A stretch of 30,435 bases of DNA, taken from IMG/VR virus record IMGVR_UViG_3300021085_002364, positions 1-30,435 of that record. One strand, given 5' to 3'. The notes below the pieces were generated by a model. It saw only the letters and a program-made list of their open reading frames with translations. It had not been told where the DNA came from and did no database searches. Positions within the stretch are counted from its first letter, which is position 1. Every line of letters begins with the position of its first letter. Below, one piece after another: positions 18,186 to 26,265 of this stretch. A program made the position numbers and the translations under genes. This DNA comes from a virus. Its lineage: Duplodnaviria; Caudoviricetes.

Positions 18186-19506
18186 TATATACTAATTCTC
18201 CATCAACAAATTGAAATCGTTGTATGTGATCATTAAAATTTTGATTCCATAGCTTATCTGATTTTGGAATATACTTTAATAGTGCTTGATAGTCTTTGTT
18301 TGACGATTGATGATTCATCACGTATTCTCTTACTTCCTCAATAGCTTGTAGAGCACTAGTAATGTCAGTCCACCATCCATAATTAATTTCTTCGTCCCAT
18401 ACATAGTTATACATTTCTTTGGTAGTAAGAATATTTCTCCTACGTTCTTTGTCTATTTTAATTACAGCATTCCTTGCATTTTCAATTTCATTTAGTGTTG
18501 GACCTCTATACTTTAACATCATTACACTAGGATTTAAATAAGCAGGTGTATACACAATACTACAATTTATATAATCTAGTTCTAATGACAAAAATCCACT
18601 CATTACATCTTCAAATTCCATAAGCTGATATACACCAGTAGTACACACTAAATTAATATGACTATGTTTATTGTCAACTGCTTTAAATTTTTCAATGTTT
18701 TCTTTTAGTTTATTCCAGTCACCTTGTCTAAAGTAAGGATACAAGCGAGGGCCAGCATCTACACTTATCATTATATTACAATAACCAAATTTTTTCAAGA
18801 GAAAACTTAGTGCTTCTGGATCAAAATCGGCATTAAAATTACTGTGGAATATGATTTTGATATTTTTAGCGTTTGGATGTTCTGATAATTTTTCTAGTGT
18901 AGGCAAAAATTGTTTTTGGTATAGTACTTCCCCGCCAGCAAAATCAATACGTTCCAAGTTAGGAAAGTTTTTGTTTAAATCTTCAGCAATTTCCAATGAA
19001 CGTTTTGTACTAATTTGCATTGTAAAATCATCGTCCTCTGATGATCTATGCATACGTCCTGTAAGCTGATGCAATTGGTGTTTGTGATCTTCTTCATCCG
19101 GTGTATAGTCTTTGAGTTTTTTTAGCCACCCACTGCTAAACACTACACTGCAATGCAAACAAGCCATGTTGCAACTATGACTAAAACGTATTTCTACTGT
19201 TTTTAATCCTTTGAAATCAACCTCGCCGGTTTTTGCATTATAATATTCTAAGTCAGCTTCTTGTTCTTGCCGCATACTAGTGCCGCTTTTATCACGTTCT
19301 ACATGCTCGCACATGTCGCAACCAAAACTCCATTTGCCACTCATCATTTCTAATCTATGTTTGCGAAATTGTTCGTTATTGTAAAACTCACTAGGCAACC
19401 ATGCTTCGTCAAGCACTTGCATTTTTTCATGCTGCTGCGGACAACTGGTAATAAACCCGTTCTTAAAATTTAGACCGCCTATAGTGTAATAACAAGGTAA
19501 GCTCAT
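18178..19506 (-). CDS. Radical SAM enzyme with N-terminal Twitch-like domain, type A
   Basis: PCYY...GFITSCP...CDMC; RFSHSCNMACLHC, AGGEV, HSN, SVDA. Confidence 0.88.
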   Translation of the reverse strand: MSLPCYYTIGGLNFKNGFITSCPQQHEKMQVLDEAWLPSEFYNNEQFRKHRLEMMSGKWSFGCDMCEHVERDKSGTSMRQEQEADLEYYNAKTGEVDFKGLKTVEIRFSHSCNMACLHCSVVFSSGWLKKLKDYTPDEEDHKHQLHQLTGRMHRSSEDDDFTMQISTKRSLEIAEDLNKNFPNLERIDFAGGEVLYQKQFLPTLEKLSEHPNAKNIKIIFHSNFNADFDPEALSFLLKKFGYCNIMISVDAGPRLYPYFRQGDWNKLKENIEKFKAVDNKHSHINLVCTTGVYQLMEFEDVMSGFLSLELDYINCSIVYTPAYLNPSVMMLKYRGPTLNEIENARNAVIKIDKERRRNILTTKEMYNYVWDEEINYGWWTDITSALQAIEEVREYVMNHQSSNKDYQALLKYIPKSDKLWNQNFNDHIQRFQFVDGELVYNV

Positions 19507-20351
19507 AGATTCTCCAATAAAAATCCATTACAATTATCTAGTCCCCATTTCTTTTCTTGGCAAAAGAAACAATGACCACATTCGGGCGGATACTGTCTAT
19601 TGCGTCTGTATTCTTCGCCAAATTCTGCAATATCACCTTCGCAACTACGAGTAAGTTTTAACAAGTCCCATTGATCATAATTATGATACTGCGCCATTGT
19701 ATAATTTTTTCTAAGTAAACCAAAAGGATTTATAGCCGGGCCACTAATTGCCCAATCCCAGTTGTCTTTCATAAATTCTTCATTTCGAAAGGTAGGTTCG
19801 TCATCAGTAGCAAATGGAGGATTCATTGTTATGCCTGTGTATATTAAATCTATATTATATCTGTACATAACGTATTCTTGAAAATCTAATGTACACAATA
19901 CATCACAGTTTGCTTCTCTTGGTAGTTTTGTAAATAAATGTTCTTTGCCTAAACGTGTAAGAGGAACATCTTCAAACTCCGGAGGCAAAAATCCCCATAT
20001 CTGTTCTTGTATAATATCTGGAAAACGTGCCTTTAGATAATTGTATACATCTTCTGCCATAGGAGCAAGCCAAGGTTTTTCTTTCCAAAAGCGTACTAGT
20101 GTCATACAATAGATCTTATTGTTGTAATTATTCTTTTCTATATAATCACACAACATATAAGTTAGTATGCTGCTATCAGCACCACCACTTAAACTAACAA
20201 GTAAGTTTTTTGCATTAGGATCAAAATGAACAGGCAACCCGTTTATCCTATGAATTTCCGGATAAGGTCTAAAGATCATTTCGTAAGTTTTTATAAACTG
20301 TTCATCTTTGTACCCTGCTTCTAAATAATCTAAATAATGCTTATCGTCCAT
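19503..20351 (-). CDS. QueC-like PP-loop ATPase #3
   Basis: SLSGGADSS; NPF...K; TRSC-x20-CGHCFFCQEK. ATG at 20351 (alternative TTG at 20354). Confidence 0.8.
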   Translation of the reverse strand: MDDKHYLDYLEAGYKDEQFIKTYEMIFRPYPEIHRINGLPVHFDPNAKNLLVSLSGGADSSILTYMLCDYIEKNNYNNKIYCMTLVRFWKEKPWLAPMAEDVYNYLKARFPDIIQEQIWGFLPPEFEDVPLTRLGKEHLFTKLPREANCDVLCTLDFQEYVMYRYNIDLIYTGITMNPPFATDDEPTFRNEEFMKDNWDWAISGPAINPFGLLRKNYTMAQYHNYDQWDLLKLTRSCEGDIAEFGEEYRRNRQYPPECGHCFFCQEKKWGLDNCNGFLLENL

Positions 20352-21741
20352 CAAATATGTCTTTCATTTCAGGAAATACTTCGGCAAAACTGTTTCCTCG
20401 TTGTGTATCACATCTATGTAAAAATTCTTGCATCTCTGGCAAACGTCTGCTCCAATCTTCACTTTCCATAAAACTCAACATTCCTTTAAGACGTTTAATA
20501 CCATACGGAGCGGCATCAAACATTTCTTTTGTAATTTTACCTTTATGCCAACTAGGAACACCTAGTTCCCAGTTTTCTTCCCACCATGGATAGAACTCTT
20601 CATACTTTTTACGTACTTCTGCTTTGAACCATTCTGGCAGCACTTTAACATTCAAGTGCGGAGGATGATATACAAAGTGATAGTTTATACCGCCTGCGCC
20701 AAAAGGCCACATGTTGATCTTTTTAAATCCTTGCTCTAACTTCCACTTGATAAAATCTGGTATGTAGTATATGTTTAATGCTTGTACTGCACATGCTACA
20801 GTTATTTCTACATTGTTGCTAGTTTCATTATCTAGTATGTGAAATACTTCTTCTTGGCGTTTCCATTCACTTGGATAACGAATGTAATCATTCATTTCTT
20901 CGATGCTGTCTATCGAATAGTGGAAGCGCACCAGTTTGAATTCTCGCCATAGATCAAATAAATCTTCTCTCCATTCAACTCCATTACTGTTATAACGCAG
21001 TTCAAGATTTTTTGCATAACCCATTTTAATCGCATGTTCAAGTATTTCATAATGTTCCTCAATAATAAGACTTTCACCGCCGGCAAAGTATATTTGTTGC
21101 ATACTGGGCATTTGTTCATAAAACTGATCCCAGAACACAGGATTTTGTTTATGCCAGTTGTAGCTACTGCCGTTTGTACTGCCTTTGTCTTGCCACTGCA
21201 TTGTTTCTTTGAGTGACTCATTCTTAACACCCGGGAAGATTGCCTTGTAATCTTTGATCCAACCACTACTATCGTGTGGTGAACACATTACACATGCCAA
21301 CTGACACTTGGTGCCGAAGCGTAAGTCAATGTATGCCAAGTTAGGAGGCACTTCGCCGTCTTCTGTTGTATCGGCTATCAGTTTATCAACATCGGTACGC
21401 TGACTCCAGTATGCAGTTTCCCACATACGTTTGCTATTATGTCCAGCAGCTTCTTCTCTATAACACTTCAAACAACTAGGAGGCTTTTCACCGTTCATCA
21501 TTTGCTTGCGTACATTTTTCATGTATTCACTATTCCAAGCAGTTTGAAAATCAGTCACGTTTAAGTTGTTTGGCTTTCCGTCATCTGTTTTAAGAATACC
21601 AACTTGTCCGCCATGTTCTTTGTCGTTTGTAGGGCCAACACTACTAGCATTGGCAGTGCAGCACACTCTCATACTACCATCTGGTCTTGTGCTTAGATGC
21701 ACCCAAGGAAGGATGCAAAATGTATCGCTTACTTTGCTCAT
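20341..21741 (-). CDS. Radical SAM enzyme with N-terminal Twitch-like domain, type A
   Basis: CILPW...GSMRVCC...CLKC; RFGTKCQLACVMC, AGGES, YNSNG, SIDS. Confidence 0.9.
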   Translation of the reverse strand: MSKVSDTFCILPWVHLSTRPDGSMRVCCTANASSVGPTNDKEHGGQVGILKTDDGKPNNLNVTDFQTAWNSEYMKNVRKQMMNGEKPPSCLKCYREEAAGHNSKRMWETAYWSQRTDVDKLIADTTEDGEVPPNLAYIDLRFGTKCQLACVMCSPHDSSGWIKDYKAIFPGVKNESLKETMQWQDKGSTNGSSYNWHKQNPVFWDQFYEQMPSMQQIYFAGGESLIIEEHYEILEHAIKMGYAKNLELRYNSNGVEWREDLFDLWREFKLVRFHYSIDSIEEMNDYIRYPSEWKRQEEVFHILDNETSNNVEITVACAVQALNIYYIPDFIKWKLEQGFKKINMWPFGAGGINYHFVYHPPHLNVKVLPEWFKAEVRKKYEEFYPWWEENWELGVPSWHKGKITKEMFDAAPYGIKRLKGMLSFMESEDWSRRLPEMQEFLHRCDTQRGNSFAEVFPEMKDIFDGR

Positions 21742-21783
21742 ACTGTACTTACCTAATTATCTATGTAGTTTATTTCTTTATGA

Positions 21784-22854
21784 TTACTTACGTGTTTCGT
21801 TTGTCTCAATGTAATACAATTCATTATGATATGCTTTATTTTTTGCACAAGTTTTAATACATCTTGTCAAATGTAAAGGATGTCCCGGTGTCCAACTTGC
21901 TTCCAATAATTTTTGATACCAACTATGATTTAATATTTCTTCTAAACTGTTATAATTTAAATTATTCCAGCCTTTGTCAAAATAATTTAATTTATCGATT
22001 ATCTTTTCAGAATTTTTAAAAAAACTATCCCATAAAAAACAACAAGGCCATACACTTAAATCGTTAGCAATAAAAATTTCTTGTTCGTGTATGTACTTGC
22101 ATGTAATACTGCTTACAATTTCTGTTACTTTGTTTTTATCAGTTTGTTGTTTTTTTGTTTTGTACTCTAGAATAAATTTATCTAATTCTTTTGCAATTTC
22201 TTTTTGTTTGTGTTCTTTAGTACCAGTTGTAGTAATTATTTTTGTTTCTTTTAAATTTTTCTTTCCTATTTCTGATAGCCATTGATGATAACTATTACGC
22301 ATTCCTGTTCTAGTTGCAAAGTCAAAACCTAATACAGCAGCGTGAGCCCTAGCTGTAACTAAATCTTTTTCATTGTGATCAAACTCAATAAAAACCCATG
22401 TTGCATGTTTTTCAGGTGCAGTTTCTGCAAATGATAAAATATTACGTTCTACTACATTCCACTTAGTGTTTACACGATATATATGATTGGTTTCTCTGTG
22501 CCCGTCTATGCAAAAATGCACATGTAATTTTCCTAAATACTTTGTAGCAAGTTCGCCTAGCTGTTTCCACCATGCTGCGGTATTATATCCGCCGTTGGTA
22601 CTATATTCACAGTATGCACCTTGACTAAGAAGGTATTCTGTCATGGCTAGACAATCAGGATTGGTAATAGGATCTCCAAGCACACCACAAAACTTGAACT
22701 CTACTCCATTGTAATCTGCAGGTGGAAATATTCTCTGCAGATCTTGCAGTGAAAAACTGTTTATTCTCAGCAAATCACTATTAAGTGTTCTAGCACAACC
22801 CGGACAAGCTGCATTACAATCACTGGTAATTTCTAATTCTACTTTTTTAATCAT
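21784..22854 (-). CDS. Radical SAM enzyme with C-terminal Twitch/SPASM domain, type B
   Basis: EITSDCNAACPGC, GVLGDP, STNGG, CIDG, YRVN; C-terminal CKY...VWPCC...CIKTC. Confidence 0.9.
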   Translation of the reverse strand: MIKKVELEITSDCNAACPGCARTLNSDLLRINSFSLQDLQRIFPPADYNGVEFKFCGVLGDPITNPDCLAMTEYLLSQGAYCEYSTNGGYNTAAWWKQLGELATKYLGKLHVHFCIDGHRETNHIYRVNTKWNVVERNILSFAETAPEKHATWVFIEFDHNEKDLVTARAHAAVLGFDFATRTGMRNSYHQWLSEIGKKNLKETKIITTTGTKEHKQKEIAKELDKFILEYKTKKQQTDKNKVTEIVSSITCKYIHEQEIFIANDLSVWPCCFLWDSFFKNSEKIIDKLNYFDKGWNNLNYNSLEEILNHSWYQKLLEASWTPGHPLHLTRCIKTCAKNKAYHNELYYIETNETRK

Positions 22855-23930
22855 TTGAATTGTGCTCCAAACGGATCAAACTCTTTTCCGCACTTCATAC
22901 TACATACTTTTAATTTGCCATCGGCACAACTCGATTTATTCCAACTGTTTTCGATATCATCAAAGATACCTGTATCAAACACTGCACGTAGACCATGTTT
23001 TTTTGCACTGACTGCATCTTTGCCGCCCACAGCATCGATAAAGTCCCATACTTGTTCTTGCTTAGGATCTTTGTGCCACCATTTGTACATACGCCCAGCA
23101 GTCCAACAACACGGCATAGCAAGTCCTTCGGCTGTGATAAACAAATTGCCTTCGTCTTTTACTTTACAATGTATTTCTGCACGATCATAATATGCGTCCA
23201 TACTGCCATGCTTGTCTTTGACTTTGTCGTATTGTTTAATTGCATCATTTTGATATTTTTCATCAGGCTTTTTAAGTTTAGCAGTTTCCTTACCTTTGCG
23301 ATTTATTGCTTGGTGAGATTCTTTCTTTTTACTTTGTGCTGTTACAAATCGGCCTGTTTTCTTTTTAATAAATCTTTCGCAGCCCCAAGTATTTGCAAGT
23401 GCTTCTGCTTCTTCAACTTGATGTTGATTGTGTTCAAAGATTAAAAAGTCCCAACGTGCTCTACCACCTGCGTCTATGAACGCTCGCATGTTGCGTTCTA
23501 CATTATCCCATACAACTCCTTGGCGATATAAATGATTAGTGTCACGCAAACCATCCACACTAAATATGACGGCACCCATCCTTCCAAAAACTTCAGCCAG
23601 CTGTCCCCACCATTCTTCATTTTTTGCTCCTGCATTTGTATTCATACTCAGCCACATTTTTTCATTATGCTGTCTAAAGTATTTGAATATTTCTAGTGTA
23701 TCTCGTGCTACAATAGGGTCGCCTAAGTTGCCGCACATATACATAGTGTTTAGTTGTGCAATAAACTCCGGTTCAAAGATACGTTTACAATCGTCTAATG
23801 TAAGTTCACTCAAATCAATGTGTGGATTTAATGCTCCGCCATTTTGATTGCGATCACACATAGGGCAACTGGCTTGACAGTTTTGTGTGTTTTCTAAATG
23901 TATTGTTTTTATATTTTCGTACTTATACAT
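22851..23930 (-). CDS. Radical SAM enzyme with C-terminal Twitch/SPASM domain, type B
   Basis: ENTQNCQASCPMC, GNLGDP, NTNAG, SVDG, YRQG; C-terminal CKV...AMPCC...CSMKC. Confidence 0.9.
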   Translation of the reverse strand: MYKYENIKTIHLENTQNCQASCPMCDRNQNGGALNPHIDLSELTLDDCKRIFEPEFIAQLNTMYMCGNLGDPIVARDTLEIFKYFRQHNEKMWLSMNTNAGAKNEEWWGQLAEVFGRMGAVIFSVDGLRDTNHLYRQGVVWDNVERNMRAFIDAGGRARWDFLIFEHNQHQVEEAEALANTWGCERFIKKKTGRFVTAQSKKKESHQAINRKGKETAKLKKPDEKYQNDAIKQYDKVKDKHGSMDAYYDRAEIHCKVKDEGNLFITAEGLAMPCCWTAGRMYKWWHKDPKQEQVWDFIDAVGGKDAVSAKKHGLRAVFDTGIFDDIENSWNKSSCADGKLKVCSMKCGKEFDPFGAQFK

Positions 23931-24147
23931 CCATTATCAACTTTACATCTTTACCAGGACCAACCTTACTGGGCAAGTCGCCATACTCATCAACATACCA
24001 TTCAATAACAGCCTTGTACCAGTTTTGACTGTTGTGATGTGCTAGTTTATTAAACTGCCAAATATTATTATTGGTTGCTTGTATTGTACTTAAAGCTCTA
24101 GCACTTTCAGTTTGCATTTCTCGTAGTGTTAAATTACTTATATCCAA
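23923..24147 (-). CDS. Small hypothetical protein (74 aa)
   Basis: Exactly fills the space between two operon genes and overlaps both neighbours (14 nt and 8 nt). No family recognised. Confidence 0.7.
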   Translation of the reverse strand: MDISNLTLREMQTESARALSTIQATNNNIWQFNKLAHHNSQNWYKAVIEWYVDEYGDLPSKVGPGKDVKLIMDV

Positions 24148-25174
24148 TTTTCATAAACCTCGTGTATTTTTCTAATTCTAGTTCGCCTTCATATAATACA
24201 GTTGACATTGGCGCACTTTTACTAAATTGTTTTAATGTACTAAAACAGTTAACATGCTCTGGAACTTCAAAATAATTGTTATTTTGTAATATTACTAATT
24301 GCTTTGGTAAAATTTTACCATACCAATCATCAAAGTCTTCCAAATGTTCTGTACTTGTGTTTATAATTGTATCTGGAATAGTCCATAATGTTTCAGTAGT
24401 ACCATCTGATTTATTTACATCATATATATGTTCGTCAAACATTATTTCATGAATATCTTGTGTACATGCTTTAAAACGCCAATCGTCTAGCACCCATTTT
24501 TTATTAAATGTTTCTGCAATTTTCCATACACTAGGATCTATATCAAAACTAACAATTCTTTCTACATTAGTTTTTGATTCAAATAGCATTGTTGCTAATG
24601 TAGCATACCATCCTGCACATAAAAATACTACACCTAAATCAACATTTATTTCTTCTAATGTGTTTACTAACCAAAGTTTACTTTTTATTTGTCCTTGACT
24701 TAAACAATCTTCATCAAAATCAATATCATTTGTAATTAAATCCTTTAATGATTTTACAAAATAACTATCTGTATAACGTGTTAGAATTTTAAACAAACTC
24801 CAAATATTATCATCAAAAATAAGTTTTTTTAAATCATCTTCGCCAACAAGTCTAAATACACTAAAAACATTATCTTCACAAACTGCTTTACGCAAATCGT
24901 CATTGCCGGGTAATAATCTAAATAGACTATGGATATTATCTTCTAATACTGCTTTACGCAAATCTTCTATATCGCCTACACAACGCTTATTATCGATTAT
25001 TCTAAAAATACTATGAGAACTTTTGCTTACAATCGCCTTAGCAAGTTCTTTTTTATCTAGCAATGTTAAAATAGAATAGATGTCTTTATCGTTATAACAC
25101 CTTCTTAATAATTCAAGTTTTTTATTATTAGAATTTAAAATTTCAAATCTATCTAGTATTTTAAATATTTCCAT
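24134..25174 (-). CDS. Class I SAM-dependent methyltransferase-like protein with N-terminal tandem helical repeats
   Basis: C-terminal SKLWL, VFLCAGWYA (motif I variant), SFDIDP, IINTSTEH, LQNNNY; N-terminal DLRKAV-x-EDN repeats. Confidence 0.65.
   Translation of the reverse strand: MEIFKILDRFEILNSNNKKLELLRRCYNDKDIYSILTLLDKKELAKAIVSKSSHSIFRIIDNKRCVGDIEDLRKAVLEDNIHSLFRLLPGNDDLRKAVCEDNVFSVFRLVGEDDLKKLIFDDNIWSLFKILTRYTDSYFVKSLKDLITNDIDFDEDCLSQGQIKSKLWLVNTLEEINVDLGVVFLCAGWYATLATMLFESKTNVERIVSFDIDPSVWKIAETFNKKWVLDDWRFKACTQDIHEIMFDEHIYDVNKSDGTTETLWTIPDTIINTSTEHLEDFDDWYGKILPKQLVILQNNNYFEVPEHVNCFSTLKQFSKSAPMSTVLYEGELELEKYTRFMKIGYK
24780..25110 (-). repeat. Intragenic tandem repeat of about 21-22 aa (DLRKAVxEDNxxSxFRL), 3 clear and about 2 degenerate copies
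   Basis: EDLRKAVLEDNIHSLFRLL / DDLRKAVCEDNVFSVFRLV / DDLKKLIFDDNIWSLFKIL. The DNA 17-mer actgctttacgcaaatc occurs at 24882 and 24948 (66 nt apart). Boundaries are approximate. Confidence 0.8.
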
Positions 25175-26195
25175 TAAACTTTTCCTCTAACCAGTCAAAG
25201 TCATTTATCATTTTTAATTCTTCTACTTTATTTCGATTTCTAGCACCGTATGCAGCACCTGCTTTTGCACCTTTTAAAGCATATTCGCCAAACTCGGGCT
25301 CGCCTTTTAAATAAGTACACCAAATACGCAACCTATCGTTGGTTTCGTTATCTTTTTGCCTATCAATAATCTTACTACTCAATTTTACGCATTCACGGAA
25401 TGCACTTTTCCATGTGTTAAACGGATCTGTATTAAATGCTGTAATATTTGATATTTTCTTCATTGCTACAAACTTACTACTGATACTTGTTGTCATATCA
25501 GGTTTGCTTGTATCCATTGTAAGTGTTAGTTCGGTAGGAAATAGTTTTATACCTCCGTATCCGTACACCAACCCATTGATAGGATTTTCACTACGCCAGA
25601 CATGTACTGCTTCTTTATTGTGATGCTCTGGCATATAATCAAATTTAAAATAATCCGTAATCTGTGCATCGCCGTCTATAATCCAAAACATTTCTGTTTT
25701 ACATAAACTTGCTGCGGCAATATGTGCTTCGTGAATACCTTTAACACCGTGTATACGTTTTACATCTGGAAAACGTTCTAGTATATGCTCGTAATTTTCG
25801 TCAGCATTTGGTTCATTATAACTGATAAAAACTTTATCAAATTCTATAGCAATTGGTTTACTTGCTTGCACTTCTACAAACTTTTTGTTTACATAAAATC
25901 TTGCTTTTAATTCACCAGGACCGTGGTGACTGTTTTTAGGCATTAGCGCAATACCATCGTAAAATTCACCATTTAAAAAAACATGTGTATTGTCTTGACT
26001 ATGCTCATCTGGTATATAGTCAAATTCAAAATCACTGTCTACTACGAGATCATCATACACAATCCAAACAAATTTAGTTAAACATTTTTGTTTTGCTTCA
26101 GGCACCGTGCTGGCAAATTTTGCCATAGGAACATTTCTCTTTAATCTTTTAAAATTGCTCCACGAAGGGTCGCCAATAAAATAAACATCATACAT
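25161..26195 (-). CDS. GT-A fold glycosyltransferase-like protein with internal duplication
   Basis: DxD-type motifs FVWIVYDD and FWIIDGDA, each followed by F-x-FDY-x-P; YGYGGIKLFP; FNTDPFNTWKSAFRECVKL. Start reassigned to ATG 26195, directly behind a sigma70 promoter. Confidence 0.7.
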   Translation of the reverse strand: MYDVYFIGDPSWSNFKRLKRNVPMAKFASTVPEAKQKCLTKFVWIVYDDLVVDSDFEFDYIPDEHSQDNTHVFLNGEFYDGIALMPKNSHHGPGELKARFYVNKKFVEVQASKPIAIEFDKVFISYNEPNADENYEHILERFPDVKRIHGVKGIHEAHIAAASLCKTEMFWIIDGDAQITDYFKFDYMPEHHNKEAVHVWRSENPINGLVYGYGGIKLFPTELTLTMDTSKPDMTTSISSKFVAMKKISNITAFNTDPFNTWKSAFRECVKLSSKIIDRQKDNETNDRLRIWCTYLKGEPEFGEYALKGAKAGAAYGARNRNKVEELKMINDFDWLEEKFNGNI

Positions 26196-26201
26196 ACTAT
26201 A

Positions 26202-26230
26202 ATTATATGATAACTTAACTTTAAAGTCAA
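26202..26230 (-). promoter_or_regulatory. Sigma70 promoter (TTGACT-N17-TATAAT), probable leaderless start of the long minus-strand operon
   Basis: Minus strand: TTGACT (26230-26225), 17-nt spacer, TATAAT (26207-26202), 6 nt, then ATG at 26195. Confidence 0.8.
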
Positions 26231-26240
26231 GAACAGAATA

Positions 26241-26248
26241 GATAAATA
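26241..26248 (+). promoter_or_regulatory. T4-type late promoter variant (GATAAATA) with GGAGG SD for the fibre-like gene
   Basis: GATAAATA 26241-26248, GGAGG 26256-26260, ATG 26266. Confidence 0.65.
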
Positions 26249-26265
26249 ATGTAGCGGAGGACAAC

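Noticed and set aside
10117-20351. Canonical queuosine / 7-deazaguanine DNA modification locus (queC + queE)
   Set aside because: No short QueE-like rSAM, QueD, FolE or DpdA is in the window, and there are three paralogues with atypical Cys spacing. The gene symbol is withheld. Genes outside the window cannot be excluded.
21742-21783. Possible internal late-promoter variants (GATAATTA / GGTAAGTA on the minus strand) in the only sizeable operon gap
   Set aside because: Each deviates from ATAAATA, and AT-rich background makes chance matches likely. Not supportable without TSS data.
12199-23930. Housekeeping cofactor pathways (MoaA, PqqE, NirJ, anSME)
   Set aside because: No partner genes (moaC, pqqA-D, nir, sulfatase) are present, and there is no MoaA C-terminal GG motif. 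The similarity is limited to the shared fold.
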